Below, one piece after another: positions 28,996 through 37,693 of a stretch of 42,662 bases of DNA. The position numbers and the translations under genes were made by a program. The stretch's first letter is position 1, and each line of letters starts with the position of its first letter. This DNA comes from Desulfobulbaceae bacterium (GTDB lineage: Bacteria; Desulfobacterota; Desulfobulbia; Desulfobulbales; Desulfocapsaceae): contig JAIRRG010000052.1 in assembly GCA_031256095.1 (NCBI GenBank), positions 1 through 42,662 on the forward strand, written 5' to 3'. The notes beneath the pieces were generated by a model. It was not told the DNA's origin. It searched no databases and saw nothing but the letters and a program-made list of their open reading frames with translations.

Positions 28996-31683
28996 TTATC
29001 CTTTTGCCAGCGAATCGCCTTTGACGATATTGACAGTCAGCGGCACCGCCAGTGGCACCGCCTCTTCCATTACCTGTTTGAGCAGCGGTTGAGCGGCGTC
29101 GAGCCAGCGTTCTTCCAGTTCAAAAACCAGCTCGTCATGGATCTGCAAAAGCAAGCGGGCGTCGATACGCCGTGCCGCCAGATCCTGTTCGGCTTTGACC
29201 ATCGCCACCTTGATAATCTCGGCGGCGGTGCCCTGAATCGGCGTGTTGATGGCCGTGCGCTCGGCAAATTCCCTGAGCGATTTATTTTTTGAATTGATGT
29301 CAGGCAGGATACGCCTACGTCCAAACAGCGTGGTAACGAAGCCATCGCGCCGCGCCTGGGCAGCTATCTCTTTCATGAAGCGTTCAACATCAGGATAGTG
29401 CTGGAAATAACGGTCGATGAATTTCTGCGCCTCTTTGCGGCCAATATTCAATTGATTGGCCAGGCCAAAGCTGCTCATGCCGTAGACAATGCCAAAGTTG
29501 ATACTTTTTGCCACCCGTCGCATATCACCCGTGACCATCAGCGGCGCGACGCCGAAAACCTCAATCGCCGTGCGGCTGTGAATATCCTCGCCACGGACAA
29601 ACGCCTGGCATAACGCCGTGTCGCGGCTGTAGTGGGCCAGTACCCGCAAATCGATTTGTGAATAATCGGCGGAGAGAAAAACCATGCCGGGGGCTGGCAC
29701 GAAAGCGCGGCGAATGCGGTTTCCATCCTCGCCGCGAATGGGAATGTTCTGCAGATTAGGATTTGTGCTGGAAAGCCGCCCCGTGGCCGTCACCGCTTGG
29801 TTGAATGATGTATGCACGCGGCCAGTGGCCGGGTTGCGCAGTTGCGCCAGTTTTTCGACATAGGTGGCGAGCAGTTTGGCCACCGTGCGGTATTCGAGGA
29901 TTTTGCCTGGCAGCGGGTGGTAGCTGGCCAGCTTTTCCAGCACCGAAACATCGGTCGAATAGCCGGTTTTCGTCTTCTTGCCATGTGGCAGCTTCAACTC
30001 CTCAAACAGCACTTCCCCCAATTGTTTCGGCGACATGATGTTCAGTTCGCGCCCGGCCAATTGATAGATTTCCTCGCGCAAACGCCGCATCTTGTCTTGA
30101 AATTCACCGGCCAATATCCGCAAATGCGCGGCATCCACCCGAATGCCGCGCATTTCCATGGCGGCCAGGACCGGGACAAGCGGCATTTCGACCTCATCCA
30201 TCAGCCTGGCAATGCCGCGTTCGGCCAGCTTCGGCGCATAGTCCAGATACAGCCGCCAGGCCGCGAAGACATCCTCGCAAGAGTAATCACAGGCCGCGTC
30301 CAAGGCGACATGGGCGAAGGCGTCCGGGCGGGCGCCGTCTTTCGTCACTTCGGCGAAACTGGTCAGGCGAAAGCCCAATTCCTCTGCCAGATCATCGAGC
30401 TTCAGCGACCGTTCGCCGATTTCCAGCAGATGGGCGGCAATCATGGTGTCGAACAGCGGCGGGGCCAGCGGCAGTTGCCAACGGGCGGCCAAGATCGTGT
30501 AATCAAATTTCAGGTTATGGCCAATTTTAACAAGGCCGGAAGATAACAGAGGCGCCAAGGCCTGTCGTACTTTATCTTCTTTTATCTGGCCAGGGAGAAG
30601 CGCCCCATTTTCATCCTTGTGTCCGACAGGTAAATACCAGGCGCGGCCATCCTCGGTGGCAAAAGAGAGGCCAACCAGACGGGCCGACCTCGCCTCCAGC
30701 GAATCGGTTTCCGTGTCAATGGCAATGGCCTTCTCGCCGCTCAGGGCATCGACCATGGCCTGAAGCTGTGCCTCGCTTTGCACTAGGGTGAATTTGGCGG
30801 TATCAACCGGCTTGGCTGTAGACGCCGCGCCGTTCGTTGGCATCTCGGCGAGCAGGCTGTAAAATTCCAGTTTGGTGAAGAGGGCGGCCAGCCGCGCCGC
30901 GTCCTCATCGCGACGGGCATAGGCGGCAAGATCGCGCGGCGCCAAGGCGTCGGTTTTTAAGCGGATCAACTGCCGCGACAAAAACGCCTGTTCGCGGTTT
31001 TCGGCCAGGCGCTCTTTGTTCTTTGAAGCTTTCATCGTGCCAATGGCTTGGTATATACCATCCAATGACCCGTAATCACTAATTAATTTCGCGGCGGTCT
31101 TTGGGCCAATACCTGGCACGCCCGGCACATTGTCGCTGCTGTCGCCCATCAGGGCGAACAGGTCGAGGAGCTTTTCTGGCGGCGCCTGGTATTTGTCCGC
31201 CACCGCCTGGGCGTCGTAGACGGTATTTTTCATCGGCTCCCATACCGTCAGGCCGTCTCCCACCAATTGCAGCAGGTCCTTGTCGCCGGAAATGATTACC
31301 ACCTCGTGTCCGACCTGACGTAAAAAAAACGCCGCTGAAGCCAGCAGGTCGTCGGCTTCGACGCCCTCTTGGGCCAGACAGAGAATGTTTTCCGCTTCAA
31401 CGTATTCGTGGATATGAGGAATCTGACAGGCCAGGTCTTCGGGCATCGTAGGCCGGTTGGCCTTATACTGCGCATACATGTCATGGCGGAAAACCTTGCC
31501 GCGGCTGTCAAAAGCAACGGCGAGATAGCGCGGCTCTTTTTCCCGCAACAGGCGGCGGACGATACTGATGAAGCCAAACACGGCCTGGGTCGGCATCCCG
31601 GCCTTGGTGGTGAGCGGCGCCAGTGCGTAAAAGGCCCGGTAGATATAGGCGCTGCCGTCGATGAGATAGACCGTTTCCTTCAT
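28996..31683 (-). CDS. polA: DNA polymerase I
   Basis: It has a 5-prime nuclease N-terminus (LIDGSAYIYRAFYA), a 3-5 exonuclease region (AIDTETDSL) and Pol motifs DYSQIDLRVLAH, RRVAKSINFGIVYG and QIHDELVFE. I prefer the ATG at 31681..31683 (MKETVYLIDG). Confidence 0.95.
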   Translation of the reverse strand: MKETVYLIDGSAYIYRAFYALAPLTTKAGMPTQAVFGFISIVRRLLREKEPRYLAVAFDSRGKVFRHDMYAQYKANRPTMPEDLACQIPHIHEYVEAENILCLAQEGVEADDLLASAAFFLRQVGHEVVIISGDKDLLQLVGDGLTVWEPMKNTVYDAQAVADKYQAPPEKLLDLFALMGDSSDNVPGVPGIGPKTAAKLISDYGSLDGIYQAIGTMKASKNKERLAENREQAFLSRQLIRLKTDALAPRDLAAYARRDEDAARLAALFTKLEFYSLLAEMPTNGAASTAKPVDTAKFTLVQSEAQLQAMVDALSGEKAIAIDTETDSLEARSARLVGLSFATEDGRAWYLPVGHKDENGALLPGQIKEDKVRQALAPLLSSGLVKIGHNLKFDYTILAARWQLPLAPPLFDTMIAAHLLEIGERSLKLDDLAEELGFRLTSFAEVTKDGARPDAFAHVALDAACDYSCEDVFAAWRLYLDYAPKLAERGIARLMDEVEMPLVPVLAAMEMRGIRVDAAHLRILAGEFQDKMRRLREEIYQLAGRELNIMSPKQLGEVLFEELKLPHGKKTKTGYSTDVSVLEKLASYHPLPGKILEYRTVAKLLATYVEKLAQLRNPATGRVHTSFNQAVTATGRLSSTNPNLQNIPIRGEDGNRIRRAFVPAPGMVFLSADYSQIDLRVLAHYSRDTALCQAFVRGEDIHSRTAIEVFGVAPLMVTGDMRRVAKSINFGIVYGMSSFGLANQLNIGRKEAQKFIDRYFQHYPDVERFMKEIAAQARRDGFVTTLFGRRRILPDINSKNKSLREFAERTAINTPIQGTAAEIIKVAMVKAEQDLAARRIDARLLLQIHDELVFELEERWLDAAQPLLKQVMEEAVPLAVPLTVNIVKGDSLAKG

Positions 31684-32215
31684 GCTTTTGCACCTAACAA
31701 TGGAGAACTTGTTTAGCCGCGAGGCCCGAACCACTCGCCAGTTCTAGCCCCTTGCCGCCCACCGCGCTTTAAGGAAAAGAATGCGCTGCATGACACAAGC
31801 GGGAATAAAGCATCCTCCCGCCGCGCAACTGTGAGGAAATGGCTGAAAACTCTGGATGATAGGTATGGCATGGCCGTGCTGCATTGGAAATGAGGGGCGC
31901 TCATTGTAGGATGGTGAAGCTTGTAAACTCCAATTTCCCACCCCCTTTCAGATTAACAATCTGTTGAACCCTCACATCTTCGTCACAAGTATCATCAAAG
32001 CAAGCAGCCTCTATGAGAAATTCCGCCAAAGCCACCCCATAGCCTGCCCAATTCCCATGCAAACGCCTTCCAGTGACAAATCAAGCCGCTCAACCGGTAT
32101 AATTCGCGATGGTGGTTAAGAATAATTTGCAAATGGTTGCGAAATGATGAGTGACAATCTATCTTTTGGCTTGCATCGGAAATCACCAAAAACTCAAGGG
32201 GGAATGCCAAATATC

Positions 32216-32557
32216 CTACCCTAGGTGTATGCCTTTATTAAACAATCCGCAACCGCCTGTACCAACGAAAATGATGATAAACGGCGTTATGCTTCCCAGA
32301 AGTATTCCCAATGCAACAGACCTATTTTTGTTCCACATTACAAAGCCAATAACTATTCCAACTATTATAGAGGGTATACTAACCATAAACGCTGGGATAA
32401 CCCAATAACTTAAATCTGTGCCAGCAGTGAAAAGCAATGTAATAGCGGTCAGAACGACAAGCGTTATCAAATACGAGACATAAAACAGCCAATTTTTGAA
32501 TGGATTCCCTTTTTCTGGCTGGCCGCCTGATTTATTGATATTATTGTTCTCCTCCAT
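32216..32557 (-). CDS. Small membrane protein (3-4 TM), last gene of the AT-rich operon
   Basis: It is 113 aa with a polar N-terminus (MEENNNINKSGGQPEKG) followed by hydrophobic segments, and GTGGCG near the C-terminus. Its ATG overlaps the stop of the Lgt-like gene by 17 nt. Confidence 0.5.
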   Translation of the reverse strand: MEENNNINKSGGQPEKGNPFKNWLFYVSYLITLVVLTAITLLFTAGTDLSYWVIPAFMVSIPSIIVGIVIGFVMWNKNRSVALGILLGSITPFIIIFVGTGGCGLFNKGIHLG

Positions 32558-33260
32558 TTTCTCTCCTCCTCAATAAAACCGTCGTTATATATATTATCCC
32601 AAGTCCGCATATGATTTGATAAATTGTCATCCCAGCCCATATGACAGGATTTTCCCGTATGAACTCTATTAAAAATCTGAATATGAAATACGCCAAAACA
32701 TACAGCTTAAAAAGTAGCCCGGCTGTTTTAACTCTGCCTTTATAATAGAGCAAAAGAATAAAGGAGACTACATGGAAGCCGACTTCAAACAATTGTGTCG
32801 GTAATCTGGGGAATCCGTCCCCAAAATCAAAACCCCACGTTGCGATCTTGCCGTAACAGCAGCCGTTAAAAAAGCAGCCAAGCCGCCCGATAGCCATACC
32901 AAGCGCTATCGAAGGGGCAATGACATTGCCAAGTTTCAATCGGATTCTGAAGATTCGCTTAACTGCGACAACGCCGAACATACCGCCGACAAGACCACCG
33001 ACAATCGATTTGTCGTACAGTATTTCTTCCCAGCCGCGTCCTTCAAATAGCAAGGGGATTTTCGCACCGATGACGCCGAAGATGAGCGCGGAAAACACAA
33101 TTTTAATTGCGCCTTCACTGGCCTGACCTTTGCGGCTTAAATCCGTGAAATAATATATAAGCCCGGCGACTATTCCCAACACTACGAAAAATGTATACGC
33201 GGGGATCCCAAGTATAAACGGCGCCGCTTTTCCGTAGAGCCGTTCATGAACGTCCAACAT
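32541..33260 (-). CDS. Prolipoprotein diacylglyceryl transferase (Lgt, PF01790) family paralog
   Basis: It is polytopic. The motifs GGLVGGMFG, IGRLGCFFNGCCYGK and LPTQLFE match the Lgt family signature regions. It is shorter (239 aa) than typical housekeeping Lgt. Confidence 0.7.
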   Translation of the reverse strand: MLDVHERLYGKAAPFILGIPAYTFFVVLGIVAGLIYYFTDLSRKGQASEGAIKIVFSALIFGVIGAKIPLLFEGRGWEEILYDKSIVGGLVGGMFGVVAVKRIFRIRLKLGNVIAPSIALGMAIGRLGCFFNGCCYGKIATWGFDFGDGFPRLPTQLFEVGFHVVSFILLLYYKGRVKTAGLLFKLYVLAYFIFRFLIEFIRENPVIWAGMTIYQIICGLGIIYITTVLLRRRENGGEQ

Positions 33261-33723
33261 TATCCTTTACCTTTTTAGCCAATCGGCCAACTCGGCAGCA
33301 GTTACCGTCGGTCATACAGTTATATAATTTAAGGACGGAACAGAATCCGCACGCCGCGGACGTTTGGAGTATGGTGAACAAGCCTGTCATTCCCCATGCC
33401 ACAGTCGGATTCGCGAAGTATAACAGGAAAAGACAAATAACCGAGAAGATTGTCCCGGCTAAATGAGAAGCGTAAATTCCCTTTTCATCAACGATTATTT
33501 TTTCACCGGGACTAATTCGATCAACTGTGTATTTATAAAGCAGAATAAGCGGAGCCTTATCCACTTTTAATAGAGCGGAAAAAAGCATAATCAGGAAAAC
33601 CACGCCGACCAAGTATTTTATCTGGAAAATTATACTGAGCCATAAAAGCCCGGCTATCATTATCCTGCAAAACGCAAAGCTGCCCTTTGAAATCGTTTTC
33701 AGCCTAAACTGCGCCTGTGCCAT
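33244..33723 (-). CDS. Polytopic membrane protein with Cys-rich C-terminus (possibly DUF4395-like)
   Basis: It has 4 hydrophobic segments. The C-terminal AACGFCSVLKLYNCMTDGNCC gives CxxC-x7-C-x5-CC. I prefer the ATG at 33721..33723, which overlaps the upstream gene by 20 nt. The family call rests on remembered DUF4395 features only. Confidence 0.45.
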   Translation of the reverse strand: MAQAQFRLKTISKGSFAFCRIMIAGLLWLSIIFQIKYLVGVVFLIMLFSALLKVDKAPLILLYKYTVDRISPGEKIIVDEKGIYASHLAGTIFSVICLFLLYFANPTVAWGMTGLFTILQTSAACGFCSVLKLYNCMTDGNCCRVGRLAKKVKDNVGRS

Positions 33724-34300
33724 CCGCTCCACCTCTTAGTTTCGGGAAAAACATCCCCGTATTTTTTATATAGTTTTCATACTCCGCAAATTCTTCCCGC
33801 AATAACGCTTCTTCTTGTTTTGCCCGATAATACATAAACGGAATAAATATAAATGCGGTCAGCGCGGCACTTAACCAATTCCTGTAAACAAGGCTTCCTC
33901 CAAGCAACATGAGCATTATCGAAGCATACAATGGATGTCGTACAAGTTTGTAAACGCCATGGTTAATAAGGGTGTGATCTTCATATACCTTAATGTGGTT
34001 AGCCCAATTCCCCTTGAGCTGCAACCTGCCTAATATATTAGTAACCGCGCCTGTGACGACCATTGCCGTTCCCAAAAATACTATTAGGATATGCGCATTA
34101 TGATCAAAATTTCCCAAACGGAATCGCAACACAAGATAGTAAACAAAGTAGAAGCCTATCATACTTCCTGTTGCTACTATTACACGTTTACTTTTCTTAA
34201 CAGTATCCTTTTCCCCATATAATATAAAATCAATAAAAATCGCCAGAAAAACCGATACAACAGATAACGAAATCACAATGGGAATGATATTATTAATCAT
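33704..34300 (-). CDS. ICMT/PEMT-type integral-membrane methyltransferase
   Basis: It has HTLINHGVYKLVRHPLYASIMLMLLG followed by AKQEEALLREEFAEYENY. This is the signature of the isoprenylcysteine carboxyl / phospholipid methyltransferase superfamily (PF04140/PF04191). It starts 1 nt after the radical SAM gene stop. Confidence 0.7.
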   Translation of the reverse strand: MINNIIPIVISLSVVSVFLAIFIDFILYGEKDTVKKSKRVIVATGSMIGFYFVYYLVLRFRLGNFDHNAHILIVFLGTAMVVTGAVTNILGRLQLKGNWANHIKVYEDHTLINHGVYKLVRHPLYASIMLMLLGGSLVYRNWLSAALTAFIFIPFMYYRAKQEEALLREEFAEYENYIKNTGMFFPKLRGGADGTGAV

Positions 34301-34301
34301 T

Positions 34302-35663
34302 CTATGCGCTCCTGTGTATCATATTATACGCGGAAAACGGTATACGTCTTAGGTCGGTCGTAATGATATGCACACATTCTTTTTGCATTGACTTCATATC
34401 AAAATTATACTTATCGACAAAGGAGCTGACGCTTATTCTAAAAGTATTTTCATCGACAAATTTCATCTTTTCTTCCTTCGATTTTAAAATGAAATTCCCA
34501 GGCGAATACTTTTTTATATCGTTTATAAAGTCACAACAGGCGCAAACATTGAATATCTTGCTGCCATCATTAAAATTTTCTAAGGCGTCCTCAAGTGTAA
34601 ACATGAAAGTGTTTCCGATAAATCTTTTAAATTCGCTTAAATCTCTATCGCGGATAACTGGAATAAACCCGTCCTTATCTTTAAACAAATATGTAATAGC
34701 GACCCGCTCAACGTTACATGGAAGCGGTATAAAATCAGAGGTTTTTATCATTTTGTTTGTTTGTTTCTCGATCCTGTTTAAGACCCCAGAAAGGGTGACC
34801 CTGTCTGGGGGAGCGTCAATATTCCCATAATAGCTTACCGGTTGATAATTCACTCCACGCACACAGGGCTGGTTCATTCCATAAACCAAAATTTCACCGC
34901 ATAGATGATCGCTTACGCCGCCTTCTATCGTTGCCACTAATGTTGTTGGCACGTTATATTTGTTCAAATTTTTTATCGCCTTTTTTTTGATACTCACAAG
35001 GTTTTTTCCACGTAATCTTGAATAGACTTTATTCTCAAGCCCATCAAATTGTAAGTAAATTTCAAAGCCCCCACGGAATTTTGCAATTTCACGAACAAAA
35101 TTTTCATCTTCCGCAATCCTAACCCCGTTGGTATTTAACATAACATATTTGAAACCCTTGTGTTTTGCCATTCCAATTATATCTATAATATATTCATGCA
35201 GCGTCGGTTCGCCACCACTGATTTGTAAAATCTCCGCTCTATTATTTTCGGCGGACATATAAAAATCCATCATTTTTTCAACTAGATGAAGCGGCAAGTC
35301 TGCATCGTCAACCGCACGAGCATAGCATATCGGGCAAGATAAATTACACCTTCTCGTTATCTCAATAAGGCCAATACAAGTGTGTTGGTCATGATTTTCG
35401 CACAATCCGCAATCATATGGGCAGCCGCGGCTAATAATTGTCTGTGTGCCGCTTTTTGTTCCCTGTTTGTCATATTTATATTTTTGAAGATGATATTGAA
35501 AATCTTCTTCTAAAATCTCAAAATGTTCCCCGCATGTCCGACAGTTTTTTAAGATAAATACGCCTTTTTCGTTATACACGATTTTGCCGTCAATTAAACC
35601 GCCGCACTTTGAACATATTGTCCTGGTAAAGGTTTGGTAAATGTAGTCCCTGTTCATTCGCAT
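34302..35663 (-). CDS. Radical SAM enzyme with N-terminal zinc ribbon (MJ0619 / tetraether-lipid-synthase-like architecture)
   Basis: The CX3CX2C cluster is RRCNLSCPICYA and the SAM-binding motif is QISGGEPTL. The N-terminus has CSKCGG...x17...CRTCGEHF (a 4-Cys ribbon). There are extra Cys in CPYDCGLCENHDQHTC and CACCDF. The RBS GGAGG is present. Confidence 0.8.
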   Translation of the reverse strand: MRMNRDYIYQTFTRTICSKCGGLIDGKIVYNEKGVFILKNCRTCGEHFEILEEDFQYHLQKYKYDKQGTKSGTQTIISRGCPYDCGLCENHDQHTCIGLIEITRRCNLSCPICYARAVDDADLPLHLVEKMMDFYMSAENNRAEILQISGGEPTLHEYIIDIIGMAKHKGFKYVMLNTNGVRIAEDENFVREIAKFRGGFEIYLQFDGLENKVYSRLRGKNLVSIKKKAIKNLNKYNVPTTLVATIEGGVSDHLCGEILVYGMNQPCVRGVNYQPVSYYGNIDAPPDRVTLSGVLNRIEKQTNKMIKTSDFIPLPCNVERVAITYLFKDKDGFIPVIRDRDLSEFKRFIGNTFMFTLEDALENFNDGSKIFNVCACCDFINDIKKYSPGNFILKSKEEKMKFVDENTFRISVSSFVDKYNFDMKSMQKECVHIITTDLRRIPFSAYNMIHRSA

Positions 35664-35682
35664 ACCTCCGTGAACCGTCCCT

Positions 35683-35710
35683 AATTTAGCTCATTTCAAA
35701 CGACAGGCAA
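35683..35710 (-). promoter_or_regulatory. Candidate promoter of the AT-rich operon
   Basis: On the minus strand: TTGCCT (35705..35710), a 16-nt spacer, then TAAATT (35683..35688), about 20 nt upstream of the RBS. The palindrome AGGCAAATGTGCCT (35705..35718) overlaps the -35 element. Confidence 0.35.
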
Positions 35711-35788
35711 ATGTGCCTATCCTTCCAATCTAAGATTCTATAAGACCGCAAAACAGCGGCGCTGCCCAACCCGCTCCGGAATCACTGC

Positions 35789-37693
35789 CTAGACTGGCAG
35801 ATGGGTGCCGATCTCCACCACCCGTGAGCTGGGGATATTGAAAAAGGTCGAGGCGTTCCAGGCGTTGTTGCTTAAAAAAATGAACAGGGCCCGCCGCCAG
35901 GGCCGCATTACCGGCTCCTCCGCCGAGGCCAGAATGGTTTCGTGGCCCAGGTAGAAGGTGCTATCGTAGAGCGGCAGATGCATGGCCGTCTTGCGGGAGC
36001 ACTCGGAAATTTCCTCCATGTCGGGCCGCTGCATATAACCGTAGGTGACAGTCATACGGTAGAGGCCAACATCTTTATCTGACATATTGAGACGAACGCG
36101 CTCCTCCTTAGGAACGTAAGGAACCTCGACGGTGGCAATCGTCAAGATTATGATGGTCTCCGGCACCGTATGGATCAGAGCGATGGAACGGGCCAAAGGC
36201 ATTGGCGTCAGGTTCTGATTCATGGTCATGAACACGCCGATGCCGGGGCTACGATTAGTGTTCACTTGCCGCAAGCTGGTGAGAAATGCAGTCAGCGGCA
36301 TACTCATCTGAACGAAACGCTCTCGCAGATAGGCGCGGCCTTTCTTCCAGGTGGTCATGACGGTGATCAGGATTACGGCAGCCAACATCGGCAACCAGCC
36401 GCCATCGATAACTTTAATCAGATTGACGCTAAGAAAAGGCAGATCGAACAGTAGGAAAAGCGCCAGCAGCGGCGCGGCTTTCCACAGCGGCCAGTTCCAG
36501 GCGAGATAAACGACAGAAAAATAGAGTATACTGGTTATGGTCATGGCCCCGATAACCGCCAAACCATAAGCGGCGGCCAAGGAACTTGAATTCTGAAAGA
36601 TCAGGGCCAGGCCGATGCAGGCCACCATCAGCAGGGCATTGATGGTCGGCAAATAAATCTGCCCCTTGGCGGTGGGAGAGGTATGGACAAGCCGCATACG
36701 GGGGAGAAAGCCTAAGTGTACGGCTTGCTGGGTAAGGGAATAGACCCCGCTGATCACGGCCTGTGAGGCAATGACCGTGGCCATCGTGGCGAGCAGCAGC
36801 ATGGGAATAAGCAAAGGCGGCGGCAGCGCATGGTAAAAGGGATTATACGCCGCTTCCGAGTTTTTCAGGATGACCGCGCCCTGCCCCAGATAATTGAGCA
36901 GGAGCGCTGGATAAGCGACAAACAGCCAGCCCCTTTTGATGGGGACGCGGCTGAAATGGCCGAGATCGACGTACAGGGATTCGCCGCCGGTAACGCACAG
37001 CACCACGGCGCCGAGGATGATTATGCCATGCAGGTGATTGGCCTTAAAATAGGCAAGGGCGTAATACGGGTTGATGGCATAAGCCACAGCCGGGTTAGAA
37101 ATGATATTGTACAGACCGCTGGCGGCCAGGGCGGCAAACCACAGCAACATGACGGGGCCGAAAATCCCCCCAATGCGGGCGGTGCCATATTTTTGCAGTA
37201 AAAAAAGCAGGACCAGGATGCCGCAGGTAATGGGGACGACAAGCTTCGTCGCTGCTGACGAAACGATGCTTAATCCTTCGACGGCGGACAGTACCGATAT
37301 AGTTGGGGTGATGATACCGTCGCTGTATACCATCGCCGCGCTGCACAGGGCCAGATAAGGCACTATTTTGAAAAAACGGGGCGAAGACATTTTTTTCCTC
37401 ATGGCGTTGTGGATTAGCGCCAGCAGGGCAAAGGTGCCGCCCTCGCCGTGGTTGTCGGCCTTGGTGACAAATGACACGTATTTGATGGTAATGACCACCG
37501 TCAGACTCCAAAAGATCAGCGACAACACGCCCATCACATTGTCATGGCTGACAGCTATGGCATGAGGGCCGTGGAAGCATTCTTTCAGGGTGTAAAGCGG
37601 GCTGGTGCCGATGTCGCCATAGACCACGCCCAAAGCTGTTATCATCAACGCCGCCATGGACTTGCGCGGACTATTTTGGCATTCGTTTGCCAT
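35789..37693 (-). CDS. kup: KUP/HAK/KT family potassium transporter
   Basis: It has the signature LGVVYGDIGTSPLY, 12 TM-like segments and a soluble C-terminal domain. I prefer the ATG at 37691..37693 (MANECQ...) over the track start at 37759. Confidence 0.93.
   Translation of the reverse strand: MANECQNSPRKSMAALMITALGVVYGDIGTSPLYTLKECFHGPHAIAVSHDNVMGVLSLIFWSLTVVITIKYVSFVTKADNHGEGGTFALLALIHNAMRKKMSSPRFFKIVPYLALCSAAMVYSDGIITPTISVLSAVEGLSIVSSAATKLVVPITCGILVLLFLLQKYGTARIGGIFGPVMLLWFAALAASGLYNIISNPAVAYAINPYYALAYFKANHLHGIIILGAVVLCVTGGESLYVDLGHFSRVPIKRGWLFVAYPALLLNYLGQGAVILKNSEAAYNPFYHALPPPLLIPMLLLATMATVIASQAVISGVYSLTQQAVHLGFLPRMRLVHTSPTAKGQIYLPTINALLMVACIGLALIFQNSSSLAAAYGLAVIGAMTITSILYFSVVYLAWNWPLWKAAPLLALFLLFDLPFLSVNLIKVIDGGWLPMLAAVILITVMTTWKKGRAYLRERFVQMSMPLTAFLTSLRQVNTNRSPGIGVFMTMNQNLTPMPLARSIALIHTVPETIIILTIATVEVPYVPKEERVRLNMSDKDVGLYRMTVTYGYMQRPDMEEISECSRKTAMHLPLYDSTFYLGHETILASAEEPVMRPWRRALFIFLSNNAWNASTFFNIPSSRVVEIGTHLPV

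Noticed and set aside
31995-32210. A 71-aa minus-strand ORF downstream of the AT-rich operon could be a sixth operon member.
   Set aside because: It has a TTG start, no RBS and no hydrophobic or conserved motif. Unlike the five upstream genes, it does not overlap its neighbour. I treat it as non-coding flank.
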